Shown here: positions 1-9,269 of the stretch, in pieces
Layout of the letters: every line of letters starts with the position of its first letter
How positions within the stretch are numbered: position 1 is the first letter of the stretch
Source of the DNA: an uncultured Acidimicrobiia bacterium
GTDB lineage: Bacteria; Acidobacteriota; Terriglobia; Versatilivoradales; Versatilivoraceae
Reading direction: 5' to 3'
Length of the DNA stretch: 64,000 nucleotides
Assembly: GCA_963786955.1 (NCBI GenBank)
Contig: CAWBAT010000006.1
Span: 448,001-512,000 of the forward strand
Position numbers and translations under genes: made by a program
Notes under the pieces: generated by a model
Told to the model about the DNA's origin: nothing
The model's database searches: none
The model's input: the letters and a program-made list of their open reading frames with translations, nothing else

Positions 1-332
1 CCCCCAGGAAGCTTTTAATATTGTGAGTAGTGGCCTGCGACGGGACTACCTGAATCCCTCGCAAAACCCTACGCTCCTTCCCTAGACTAGACTTACGCTT
101 CACACGACTGGCAGGAGAAGATTTGAAAGAAAACTCCTACCCATAGCCCGACCTGCTCCGCAATAGAGGACCCATTCGGGGCACCTGACTGCAATGAATC
201 GAATTGTCCAGGAGATACGCTCTTGGAAGCTATTTTCAAAATTTGTATTGTGCGAAGTTGGGATGAGGATGCGCCACACCGCCTGATTCAAAGCGCCATG
301 CCCATTTCAATCTTTCGCAGATTGGAGACATT

Positions 333-2831
333 ATGGTCCGTCCCTTCTCGAGGGTGAAATTCATCCTACTCATTTCATTGTTTCTAGCGGGTCTCGCAGC
401 GACTCTGGAAGGATCCAAGGTACCTGATAAGGCAAGTGCTCAATCCCTGCAACTGGTTCGAGCAGGATCGGCCGAAACTGCCATCGTCGTGGGAAAAGAG
501 CTCAGCGAATCAGCCCGCTTCTCTGCAGCAGAACTGCAAAAATATCTGGCGGCCCTTTCGGGAGTTCAAATCAAAATCATTCCCGAAACCGAAGTTTCCT
601 CACTGTCCGCTCAAACCACACTCATATTGCTGGGGAATCCTGACTCCAATGCACTGATCCGTGAAGCCAGCCTGGCAAAACTCGTGAACTTCACCGGACT
701 GAAACCCGAAGGCTACATTGTGAAAACAGGTCATTTGAAAAAGCGGCCTATTGTGGTCGTTGGCGGGAATGACGACGCGGGGACTCTCTATGCCGTCTAC
801 GATTTCATCGAGCAACTGGGTGTGACCTTCCTTCTCACGGGAGATGTCATCCCGGCCAGGCAAGAAACTCTGGCGCTCGGGGCCTTAGATCTTCGGCGCG
901 AGCCCGCTTTTCCACGCCGGGGGTTTTTACTGCAGGTTTCCGGGTTCGACAATCTGACCCTTTTTTCCACCGCGGACTACGAAAAGTTTGTCGACCAGAT
1001 GGCAAAAATGCGTTGCAACTACCTGCAGGTCTGGTGGTTCGCATTTGCTCCCTGGTTGAAGCATTCCTATCGAGGCGAAACCATGTGGATGGGTGATGTC
1101 TCAACCAAAGAGAGTGGCTATTTGGCTTGGACCCATTCCTCTATGGGCTCCCGCACAACCGATGAGGTCACGATCGGGAAAGAACATTTTCAGGGAAGAA
1201 GAATCGCCCCTCCAGAGTTTCAAAATGTCGAAACTTCTGACCAAGCATTCGACGTCGCTCAAACCATGTTGGGAAAGGTCATCCATCATGCCAAACAGCG
1301 TCACGTGAAGGTCTGGCTCGCTATTGAAATGGCTGCCCTTCCTCCTAATCTGGCTCAATTCGCCGAAAGAGTTGGCACGCTGCCGTTTCATCCAATCTTC
1401 GGGACCTTTGTGCATCCGCTCGATCCAGTGAACCGCGAAATACAGGTAGAGCGGCTCAAAGCACTCATCAACACCTATCCTGAAGCCGAAGGCTACTTCC
1501 TGGTTCTGGCAGAGTTGTACCCCGAGATCAATACCGAAAAGTATCGCGCGTTCTTTGCTCAAGAACGCCCGAAATATCATGAGATGCGCCAACTGCGATA
1601 TCCCTGGATCGAATGGGGAGCAGGCTATAGCAGCGACCGGCTCATCGACAACAATATTGGCTACACGGATCTCTTCAAATTTTTGCTCAACAAAAGTAAA
1701 GAATTCGCTCCTCAGGCCAAGTTGGGCGTGCTGGGCATTGGCCGCGGCTATGTTTTCCCGGTTCTGGATAAGATGTTGCCCAAGGACATCCCCTTTAGCG
1801 ACATGGAATCCAGTGGGGTCTGGACCCCGGCCGGGGTCCCCATGCAGTATTTTGGAGGAATGGGCGAACGCGAGAGGACTCTCGAACAGCGCATCGATGA
1901 CGATGTCAACATGATGGGAATGCAATTTAGCGTGAAGCAGTATGCCTTAAAGGACCGCATCTTTAGCGATGGAGCCCGGTACGGGTTGACGGGCCACGCC
2001 GGCCAAGTCCAACGAGCCCGAGGCACAGAAACTAACAGTCTCTATTCAGCCGAGGCCGCCTGGAATCCTGAGCTAAGCCCGGAAGAATTTTACCGGAATT
2101 ATTCCCGGCGTCTGTTCGGAGAGCGAGCGGCTGACGATATGTTTCAAGCTTTCATGACTCTCGAAGAGAATGAATCTCACCTGGGTTACTACAATCACGG
2201 ATATAGCACGATGAACTGCTGCGGTTCCCTGCCTGAAGTCAGAGCCGCCTATAACTATTCAAAACAAGAGAACCCTTATGACGGGCCCAATACGGCTGAT
2301 TGGAACGCCTATATCATTAAATCACTAGACGTCATCATCCGTTACGAAGCCTCCTTGCAGTACCTGGGCAAAGCTCTAGGATATATGCAAAAAGCGGCCT
2401 TGGTCGTGACTCCCGGCGGAAAATATCAGTTGAGCTACATGATCAACCGGACAGAATCCTATCGTGAGTATATTCAATCCCTGATTACGATGCGCAAGGC
2501 TTACATTGCCTTCGACAAGGCCTTCAAAACCAAACTACAGCTGTCGCGGAAAGATTTCCTAGTGGAGTTGGAAAAAAGCTTGCAGCTTTTTGATGAGGGA
2601 CACCAGCAAGTCCAGCAAGCAACCCGGCGATACACGCAGATCATCGACCATCCCTCGGATCTAGCCGTCCTCTACCACTTGAATGTCCGAGCGATTTTGG
2701 GTTTTGATCTGGCTCGGCAGTGGATGACCAATGTCGTCAATTTTTATCGCGACAAGCCCTACATGGTCCCCGTTGACTTTGATAAGCTTTTCTCAACCGA
2801 GGTTCACTTCATGTGGGGTGGACTCAATTAG
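333..2831 (+). CDS. Secreted glycoside-hydrolase-like protein with a GH67/GH20/GH115-type N-terminal domain
   Basis: 832-aa ORF with a signal peptide. N-terminal pattern AAELQKYL..LSG / EGYIVK / GGNDDAGTLYAVYDFIEQLG / PAFPRRG is typical of the N-terminal domain of these families. Catalytic family not assignable. Confidence 0.6.
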   Translation: MVRPFSRVKFILLISLFLAGLAATLEGSKVPDKASAQSLQLVRAGSAETAIVVGKELSESARFSAAELQKYLAALSGVQIKIIPETEVSSLSAQTTLILLGNPDSNALIREASLAKLVNFTGLKPEGYIVKTGHLKKRPIVVVGGNDDAGTLYAVYDFIEQLGVTFLLTGDVIPARQETLALGALDLRREPAFPRRGFLLQVSGFDNLTLFSTADYEKFVDQMAKMRCNYLQVWWFAFAPWLKHSYRGETMWMGDVSTKESGYLAWTHSSMGSRTTDEVTIGKEHFQGRRIAPPEFQNVETSDQAFDVAQTMLGKVIHHAKQRHVKVWLAIEMAALPPNLAQFAERVGTLPFHPIFGTFVHPLDPVNREIQVERLKALINTYPEAEGYFLVLAELYPEINTEKYRAFFAQERPKYHEMRQLRYPWIEWGAGYSSDRLIDNNIGYTDLFKFLLNKSKEFAPQAKLGVLGIGRGYVFPVLDKMLPKDIPFSDMESSGVWTPAGVPMQYFGGMGERERTLEQRIDDDVNMMGMQFSVKQYALKDRIFSDGARYGLTGHAGQVQRARGTETNSLYSAEAAWNPELSPEEFYRNYSRRLFGERAADDMFQAFMTLEENESHLGYYNHGYSTMNCCGSLPEVRAAYNYSKQENPYDGPNTADWNAYIIKSLDVIIRYEASLQYLGKALGYMQKAALVVTPGGKYQLSYMINRTESYREYIQSLITMRKAYIAFDKAFKTKLQLSRKDFLVELEKSLQLFDEGHQQVQQATRRYTQIIDHPSDLAVLYHLNVRAILGFDLARQWMTNVVNFYRDKPYMVPVDFDKLFSTEVHFMWGGLN

Positions 2832-2841
2832 ACATGGGAAG

Positions 2842-2938
2842 GTACAGACAGGCCTCCTGGCCTGTCTGTCGAGATTGGACATATGAGCAGGCCAGAGGCC
2901 CGCACCACAACCTTGTGGTGCAGGCGTCCACGCCTGCA
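2842..2938. repeat. REP-like palindromes between convergent genes
   Basis: acagacaggcctcctggcctgtctgt and tgcaggcgtccacgcctgca hairpins; the related acaggcatccttgcctgt occurs at about 14074. Confidence 0.55.
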
Positions 2939-3023
2939 TTCAAGCGGCCCGAAAGTCCGCTACTGCGAGTGAGACGCCTGTTGCAACACGTACACCACAA
3001 TCTAGAACGGGTTATAATGGGAG

Positions 3024-4322
3024 TTAGAGATTAATCAGATCGTTCCTTACCGATATTACCTGCTTTGCTTCAATCCTCATGGGCTCAATCTTTCCGGCGA
3101 AGACGACTAACACAATCGCCAAAACATAGGCAGCGCTCGCACAAATAAAGGGGATTTCATACCCCTTCAAGTCGACGATTTGGCCCACAAAATACTGCGA
3201 GATCACTCCCAACCCGGTCCCTACTGCGCCCGTGATCCCGTAAAGTACAGCCACATGCTGCCTGGGAATCACCTCCGTAATCACGGTATGGATGTTCGAA
3301 GCCCACGAAAAATGTCCAAAGAGTGCCAGACTAATAAAGGCGATAGCCAGTGCCTGATCGAAGACATAGTAAGTGCCTATGCCAAACAAACCCAAGAGGG
3401 CGGAGACAACCAATACGATTTTCCGGCTTGGGTCGAGACCATAACCCCGCTGAATCAAGGCACTGCTAGCCCATGCCCCCACAAGGGCTCCAATGTCGGC
3501 AAAGAAAAACGGAATCCACAGCCAGCGCCCCACCTCGATCAAACTGAAACCGCGGATGACCTGGAAGTAGCCCGGCATCCAGAACACATAGAAGAACCAA
3601 GCGGCATCGGTGACGGCCCGAGCCGTGAGGAGAAACCAATATTTTCTGCGCTTGAGGACTTCCGGCAACGGCATTGGCTTTTCATCAACTGCCTCGTTTT
3701 GACTGGCCTTCGTTTCAGGAGTGGAAAGGTCAACATCCCCGAATGTCCTCCGGATGACGCGGTGGAGATAGAGCCAGACTGAGATAAGCAAGAAACCCAA
3801 GGCGCCTGTAAATTGGAATGAAGCACGCCATCCAAATTGAATGGTAATCCAAGCCACAAGGGGTGGAGTTACTAAGGACCCGACGCTTACGCCACATATA
3901 AGCAGGCCGACTGCTTTGGCACGGTTTTCCGGAGCAAACCACTCAGACAAGCCACGCATGGCCGTCGGATAGTAGCCCCCTTCGCCAATACCCAGGAGAG
4001 CCCGGAAGAAACACAGGCTTCCCAGTCCTCGAGCCATTCCGTGGAGCATATTTGCAATGGACCAAAAGATGACGCTGACCGTAAAAGTACGCCTGTATCC
4101 AAACCGGTCTGCCACACGGCCACCGAGAACATAGAAGACCATGTAGGGCACCAAGAACGCATTGACCGCCAGACTGTAGTCGGAATTACTCAGAGACAGG
4201 TCTTTGCGGACCTGGGGCATCACCACGCCCAAGACGGCCCGGTCTAGGTAATTGATCACAGACCCGATGAAGAAGAGCGCAACGATCATCCAAGCAAAGT
4301 GATTTCTTGTCGTAGGCTTCAT
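3024..4322 (-). CDS. MFS transporter, ACS/hexuronate (ExuT-like) family
   Basis: 432 aa with multiple TM segments; INYLDR, GRVADRFGYR and FRALLGIGEGG motifs. Confidence 0.9.
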   Translation of the reverse strand: MKPTTRNHFAWMIVALFFIGSVINYLDRAVLGVVMPQVRKDLSLSNSDYSLAVNAFLVPYMVFYVLGGRVADRFGYRRTFTVSVIFWSIANMLHGMARGLGSLCFFRALLGIGEGGYYPTAMRGLSEWFAPENRAKAVGLLICGVSVGSLVTPPLVAWITIQFGWRASFQFTGALGFLLISVWLYLHRVIRRTFGDVDLSTPETKASQNEAVDEKPMPLPEVLKRRKYWFLLTARAVTDAAWFFYVFWMPGYFQVIRGFSLIEVGRWLWIPFFFADIGALVGAWASSALIQRGYGLDPSRKIVLVVSALLGLFGIGTYYVFDQALAIAFISLALFGHFSWASNIHTVITEVIPRQHVAVLYGITGAVGTGLGVISQYFVGQIVDLKGYEIPFICASAAYVLAIVLVVFAGKIEPMRIEAKQVISVRNDLINL

Positions 4323-4481
4323 CTTCTGGCTGAAAAGGATTGCAGAGGGCCTTTCGAGAGGACACTGTTGAAATTGAAGCTAGTGCTAAGTTGCATAAAT
4401 TCACGGTAATTGCTGTAGCAGGGGTCGTTGACCCATGAGCGCTAACTTTATAAGGCTTTCCTCGCCTGCCGCCGGTAGAAT

Positions 4482-4505
4482 GAAACGCCAAGAGCGCCAA
4501 GAAAA
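4482..4505. repeat. Left 9-mer repeat arm (cgccaagaN) flanking the GxxExxY gene
   Basis: gaaacgccaagagcgccaagaaaa; the first 12 nt are the exact reverse complement of 4966-4977. Confidence 0.7.
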
Positions 4506-4534
4506 GAGGATCCACTTCGGTCAGCCGCCTGATC

Positions 4535-4935
4535 TTATCCTACCCGCAGTTCTTCAGGATGGTTTCTGGCTACCCGCTGGATGCCGTCGCGTAACAAAAT
4601 CACGTTCCAATTGATGATCAACCCCGAAGACAAGCCGCTCAATTTCAAGTAAGTCAGCAACTCGGCGAGGTGGATGGGAAGAACTTTTTCGACCGTCTTG
4701 TTTTCCACCAGCACCAACTGGTCGATTCGCATGTCGATGCGGTAACCGACCTCAATAAGCACTCCTTCAAACTCTAGCGGAACAGCGACTTCGCATTCAA
4801 CCCTGTGGCGACGTCTTTGGGGCTCGTGTGCCAGACAAGCCTGATAGGCCGATTTTCCAGCAGCCCGGGCCCCAAGGCGCGATGTAGCTTGAGTGCAGCG
4901 TCAACAATATCCTTAGCTACTTCGTCGGCGGTCAT
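4535..4935 (-). CDS. GxxExxY protein (PD-(D/E)XK-like), frameshifted
   Basis: Reconstructed MTADEVAKDIVDAALKLHRALGPGLLE-SAYQACL...GYRIDMRIDQLVLVENK...HLAELLTYLKLSG; Shine-Dalgarno taggag before the ATG. Confidence 0.88.
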
Positions 4936-4948
4936 GAAGGCTCCTACT

Positions 4949-4977
4949 CTTGGCGAACCTTGCGTTCTTGGCGTTTC
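4949..4977. repeat. Right 9-mer repeat arm (inverted) flanking the GxxExxY gene
   Basis: cttggcgaa ccttgcgtt cttggcgtt tc. Confidence 0.7.
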
Positions 4978-5113
4978 CCAATTCTGGGCGTTATCTGCTC
5001 ACCGAGGATCCCGGAATGAACCGATCATCCAAGCTCAGGTTAGCGCTTATGGGACGTTGACCCCGGCCAACCCCAGCGGGGCCAGCTACAACATAGACTT
5101 CCGCAACTTAGCG

Positions 5114-6142
5114 CTACACGGACAAAGGATATTTGCCGTATTTCTTAACTGCCTCGGACATGGCCAAAACGTTTTCGGGAAGGAGGTAGCCCGCCAGACT
5201 GTTACCACTGGACACCATATAACCGCCACCAGGTCCGACATCACGCACCAGTTGACGCACTTCGTCATCCACTTCACTGGGAGTTCCCATGCCTAAAATA
5301 TTCAGATCAACGTTTCCCACCAAACAGATTCTCTTGCCGTAGCGCTCTTTCATCATCCGTATATCCAAAGCACCTTTTTCGTTCGGGTGGATAGCCGAAA
5401 TACCGACGCTCAACAAATCATCTACAAAAGGAAGGAGGTTCCCGTCGCTGTGGATGATCCACGGAAGCGTAATCTTCTGCCGGATTCTCTGGTAACGGGG
5501 AAGAACCAGATCGCGAAATACTTTTGGCGAGAAAAAGGGAGCGGTCTTAAATGCCATGTCATCCGTAGAAACAAACACATCAAAACCCATCTCGCAAACC
5601 CGCTCGGCCACTATAACCGCCCAGTCAACATAGCGATCCAGTACTGTTTCTACAAAGGTTCGATTCTCAAAAAGCGCGACCGAAAAATTCTCCAATCCCA
5701 TGCTCAGCCAGGTCGGGAAAATCCCAATTCGAGTAACGAAGCAGGCGGCGTAATCCCCCTTCTGCCTTACAAACTCCCTGGCTCCGTCATATAATGAGTC
5801 ATTGGTAGGATCCGGAAACTTCATGATAGAGAGGTCGGCTTCCGTTTTGATCATCCCATCCCCATAAAAGAGACGACCATCCTGACCGGGGATCCTTTCC
5901 GCCCACACGGGTGCGCGCAAGACATAGTAAATGTTGTCCATTTTCAGATGGCTCGCAATCGACTTTATTTCCTCCACCGTATAAGGATTTGTTTCCAAAC
6001 TGGCAGCCTGACTTATGGGTTCCCCCCAGGACATGAGCGTTTGAGCCAGTGCGCGATCCACACCGATCTCGACATAAGGGATACGGTCAGGTTGTTCACC
6101 ACGAAGTGCCGCAAGGACACGTTCTCGTGAAGTCATCACCAT
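5114..6142 (-). CDS. Uroporphyrinogen decarboxylase (URO-D/MtaA-like) family protein
   Basis: MTSRERVLAALRGEQPDRIP start, HSDGN, GNVD and GGGYMVSSGNS motifs. Start placed at MVMTS, downstream of the ORF-track start. Confidence 0.85.
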   Translation of the reverse strand: MVMTSRERVLAALRGEQPDRIPYVEIGVDRALAQTLMSWGEPISQAASLETNPYTVEEIKSIASHLKMDNIYYVLRAPVWAERIPGQDGRLFYGDGMIKTEADLSIMKFPDPTNDSLYDGAREFVRQKGDYAACFVTRIGIFPTWLSMGLENFSVALFENRTFVETVLDRYVDWAVIVAERVCEMGFDVFVSTDDMAFKTAPFFSPKVFRDLVLPRYQRIRQKITLPWIIHSDGNLLPFVDDLLSVGISAIHPNEKGALDIRMMKERYGKRICLVGNVDLNILGMGTPSEVDDEVRQLVRDVGPGGGYMVSSGNSLAGYLLPENVLAMSEAVKKYGKYPLSV

Positions 6143-6637
6143 AGGACTCTCCTTGTGTAGGTTCCTAACAAAAGTTATTTTTGAATGCCGAGCGTTGCCG
6201 AACGCAAAATGTGAATCAGGAACTTCTGATACAAGAGTATACAAATAAATTTGCAATTTGGATGCCAGCATTTACCTAGGGCATAGGCAAAATAAATCGA
6301 GGAGAAACGTGAATGGTTTACTTCTTTTGATGAGCAGTGACCATTTTGTATCCCGAGCCGAATATACCTTTATGGGAGGGGGCTGTCCTCAATCCCAACA
6401 CTCAACAGTGAGCGCAAGTTTCTTTTTTGGGGGTTTTCTATGAAAGAATTTGTTTTCAGCGCCCACTTATTTGGGCCAGACACCCCATTTGATTTGAATT
6501 TTCCCCCGTTTTTGAACAGTAGCCACGCCAGCCCTTTTGTCTATTGGCACGACTGCCGACGGTCCTTAAGTGTGGGACTATATCCGAGAGCGGACATCTT
6601 CGTTGGGGCTGGGGGATTTTCTCCGGGAGGTAACCAA

Positions 6638-6910
6638 ATGAGTGACACCCCGCCAGAAGTTCAGCGGATATATCAGGCGATGGTCCTGGCTAAAAGCGGG
6701 TCGGAACGTCTGCGCATGGGTTGCGATCTTTTCTCCACTTCAAGGGAATTGGTGATTGCTGCTCTTGGAAATAAGAACCTTGGGGATATGAGGGAACATC
6801 TTTTCTTGCGCTTCTACGGCTCGGAGTTCACCCCTGCTGAACGAGCCTGCATTCTGTCCAGTATTCGAGCTTGCAAGTCATGGGCTCACTCCCCACAGAA
6901 AGCTGAATAA
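6638..6910 (+). CDS. Small hypothetical protein (MxDTxPE...ERLRMG type)
   Basis: SD ggagg upstream of ATG 6638; MSDTPPEVQRIYQAMVLAKSGSERLRMGCDLF...FLRFYG. Confidence 0.65.
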   Translation: MSDTPPEVQRIYQAMVLAKSGSERLRMGCDLFSTSRELVIAALGNKNLGDMREHLFLRFYGSEFTPAERACILSSIRACKSWAHSPQKAE

Positions 6911-7059
6911 CGACCCTTTTTCTCCTGTGCGATTTCCCGACCGTTCTGCCGCTTGTATCGGCTCAAGCGACCAGACACTATCCTCTTGGACTTCCCATCT
7001 TTCTCCGCGAAATACACAAAATATGGGCTGACCATTGAAACACCCCACAACATTTTGCG

Positions 7060-7088
7060 TTTACAGTGTTATGCCTTGGACCTATAAT
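7060..7088 (+). promoter_or_regulatory. Sigma70-type promoter of guaA
   Basis: TTTACA-17 nt-TATAAT ending 30 nt upstream of the guaA ATG. Confidence 0.65.
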
Positions 7089-7118
7089 GCGTTCTTCAAT
7101 AGGTTGAAGGAGACCTGA

Positions 7119-8660
7119 ATGTCTGTTAGCCACGAAACCATTTTGGTGCTGGATTTTGGAGCCCAATATACCCAGTTGATTGCGCGGAGAGTCCGTGAAG
7201 CCCATGTCTACTGTGAAATCCTGCCCTTTAATACGTCTCTGGACGAAATCCTGAAGCGAAAACCTAAGGGTGTGATTCTATCGGGAGGTCCCTCTTCTGT
7301 TTATGGAGAAGACGCGCCACATAGCGATGCGGGATTATGGTCCACCCCATTGCCTGTCTTGGGGATCTGTTATGGGTTCCAGCTCATGGCCTACCAGCTG
7401 GGGGGGAAAGTTGAAGGGGCTCAGAAACGTGAATATGGCCTCGCCACTCTGGATGTGCGGCAAGCCAGTCCCCTCTTCGCCGGCGTCCCTCCCTCCTCGA
7501 AGGTATGGATGAGTCATGGCGATCATATTGCCTCGCTCCCGGCGGGCTTTGGATTGATCGCAACTTCCGCCAATTCCTTGGCGGCCGCCGAAGACGGAGA
7601 ACGGCACTTGTATGGGCTTCAGTTTCATCCCGAAGTCATCCACACCGAATATGGAAAGAAGATTATCGAGAACTTTCTCTTTCAAGCCTGCCGGTGCCGT
7701 GGGGACTGGACTCCTGCTTCGTTCATTGAAGAGTCTGTTGCGCGAATCCGCCAGCAAACCGCCAGCGGTAAAGCAATTTGCGCCCTCAGTGGCGGTGTGG
7801 ACTCCACTGTTGCGGCGGTTCTGGTCGATCGTGCCATTGGGAAGAAGCTGACCTGTATCTTTGTGAATAACGGGGTTCTGCGCAAGAATGAGTTCTCGAA
7901 GGTTCTGGCAAGTCTGCGCGACCGGCTTAATTTGCAAGTTTTGGGTGTCGATGCGAGCGAGATCTTCTTGGGCAAGTTGTCTGGCGTTGCAGATCCTGAA
8001 AAAAAACGAAAAATCATCGGAAATACCTTCATCGAAATCTTCGATGAAGAAGCCGCCAAGTTAGGCGATGTCGACTTCCTCGTACAAGGGACGTTGTACC
8101 CTGATGTGATCGAATCGGTTTCTGTGAAAGGCCCGTCGGCTACGATTAAGTCCCATCACAATGTAGGCGGGCTTCCAGAACGCATGAAGCTCAAGCTCGT
8201 CGAACCGCTGCGCGAACTATTCAAGGATGAAGTGCGCGCCATTGGAAAGGAATTGGGCCTCAGCGATGAGATCATTCAACGCCAGCCCTTTCCAGGACCA
8301 GGCTTGGCAGTCAGGATCTTAGGCGAAATCACGCCGGAGCGAATTCACATCCTGCAGGAAGCCGACGAAATCGTGGTCGGTGAAATCAAACAAGCCGGAC
8401 TTTACCCCAAGATTTGGCAGTCGTTTGCGGTCCTTTTGCCCGTTAGAAGCGTGGGAGTGATGGGTGACGAACGGTCCTACGACTACACCGTCGCAATTCG
8501 TGCCGTTCATTCTCAGGATGGCATGACCGCCGATTGGGTCCGTCTTCCCTATGATGTCTTAGAACGGATGTCGACTAGAATTGTCAATGAAGTCAAAGGA
8601 GTCAACCGGGTGGTCTACGACATCAGTTCAAAGCCTCCGGCAACGATTGAGTGGGAATGA
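7119..8660 (+). CDS. guaA: GMP synthase (glutamine-hydrolysing)
   Basis: [31 protein letters not shown] and KPPATIEWE motifs. Confidence 0.99.
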   Translation: MSVSHETILVLDFGAQYTQLIARRVREAHVYCEILPFNTSLDEILKRKPKGVILSGGPSSVYGEDAPHSDAGLWSTPLPVLGICYGFQLMAYQLGGKVEGAQKREYGLATLDVRQASPLFAGVPPSSKVWMSHGDHIASLPAGFGLIATSANSLAAAEDGERHLYGLQFHPEVIHTEYGKKIIENFLFQACRCRGDWTPASFIEESVARIRQQTASGKAICALSGGVDSTVAAVLVDRAIGKKLTCIFVNNGVLRKNEFSKVLASLRDRLNLQVLGVDASEIFLGKLSGVADPEKKRKIIGNTFIEIFDEEAAKLGDVDFLVQGTLYPDVIESVSVKGPSATIKSHHNVGGLPERMKLKLVEPLRELFKDEVRAIGKELGLSDEIIQRQPFPGPGLAVRILGEITPERIHILQEADEIVVGEIKQAGLYPKIWQSFAVLLPVRSVGVMGDERSYDYTVAIRAVHSQDGMTADWVRLPYDVLERMSTRIVNEVKGVNRVVYDISSKPPATIEWE

Positions 8661-8664
8661 AGAG

Positions 8665-8776
8665 GAGCAAGGTACAAGTGGAAAGGGTCAAGCTAGAAGG
8701 ATCGATAGGCAAGGGTTAAGGATTAAGCTCAATGGATCGAGGGGCAAGCGTTAAGGGTCAAGGGGAAAGCGAAAAC
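8665..8776 (+). repeat. Degenerate heptamer tandem array (NNNNAAG)n, upstream arm of four-helix-bundle cassette 1
   Basis: AAG in strict 7-nt phase at 8669, 8676, 8683, 8690, 8697, 8711, 8718, 8725, 8746, 8753, 8760 and 8767. Confidence 0.85.
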
Positions 8777-8813
8777 ACAGTAAGCAGAAAATACTGGTGC
8801 AAATGGGCTATCG

Positions 8814-9172
8814 ATGTCGCACGACGAATCGTTCGAGAATCTCGTAGTATGGAAAAAGGCCATGGACCTCGTCGTAAAGGTCTATCGACTTTGTCAACAA
8901 AGCCCACTTTCCAAAGACTGGGGCATGCGAGATCAGATGCAGAGAGCGGCTGTTTCAGTTCCGAAGGATATGAGCGGGGTGGCAGAAAAGAATATATCCG
9001 TTACTTAACAATCTCTAAAGGTTCATCTGGGGAGCTTCGCTGTTTATTGACCGTTGCTTGCCAATTAAAATATCTTTCAAAAGAAGTCGGCGTTGATGTT
9101 CTTAACGATGCGGTGGAAGTTTCAAAAATGCTGAAAGGGCTTATCAATTCTCTAAGCCCCGATCGTGATTGA
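8814..9172 (+). CDS. Four helix bundle protein (23S rRNA IVS protein / Avd-like family), frameshifted
   Basis: SFENLVVWKKAMDL...DWGMRDQMQRAAVSVP joined to EGYERGGRKEYIRYLTISKGSSGEL; the expected SNIA segment appears lost at the frameshift near 8960. Confidence 0.88.
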
Positions 9173-9179
9173 ATTTGCA

Positions 9180-9236
9180 CTTGCTCTTTTATTCTTTTCA
9201 ACTTGACGCTTGACGCTTAACCCTTAACCCTTTTTT
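9180..9236 (+). repeat. Heptamer array (CTTNNNN)n, downstream inverted arm of cassette 1
   Basis: cttgacg cttgacg cttaacc cttaacc ctt at 9202-9232; inverse of the upstream units (e.g. ggttaag). Confidence 0.8.
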
Positions 9237-9269
9237 ATTTTACTCTGCGTTCATTCGCGGCCATACCAC

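Noticed and set aside
4805-5296. 163-aa plus-strand ORF and other antisense ORFs (e.g. 1101..1925, 3180..3782, 37415..37951, 55438..56043)
   Set aside because: These are shadow frames opposite well-supported genes, with no recognisable motifs.
8665-8776. Heptamer arrays or REP clusters as CRISPR arrays
   Set aside because: There are no identical 23-47 nt repeats with unique spacers and no cas genes.
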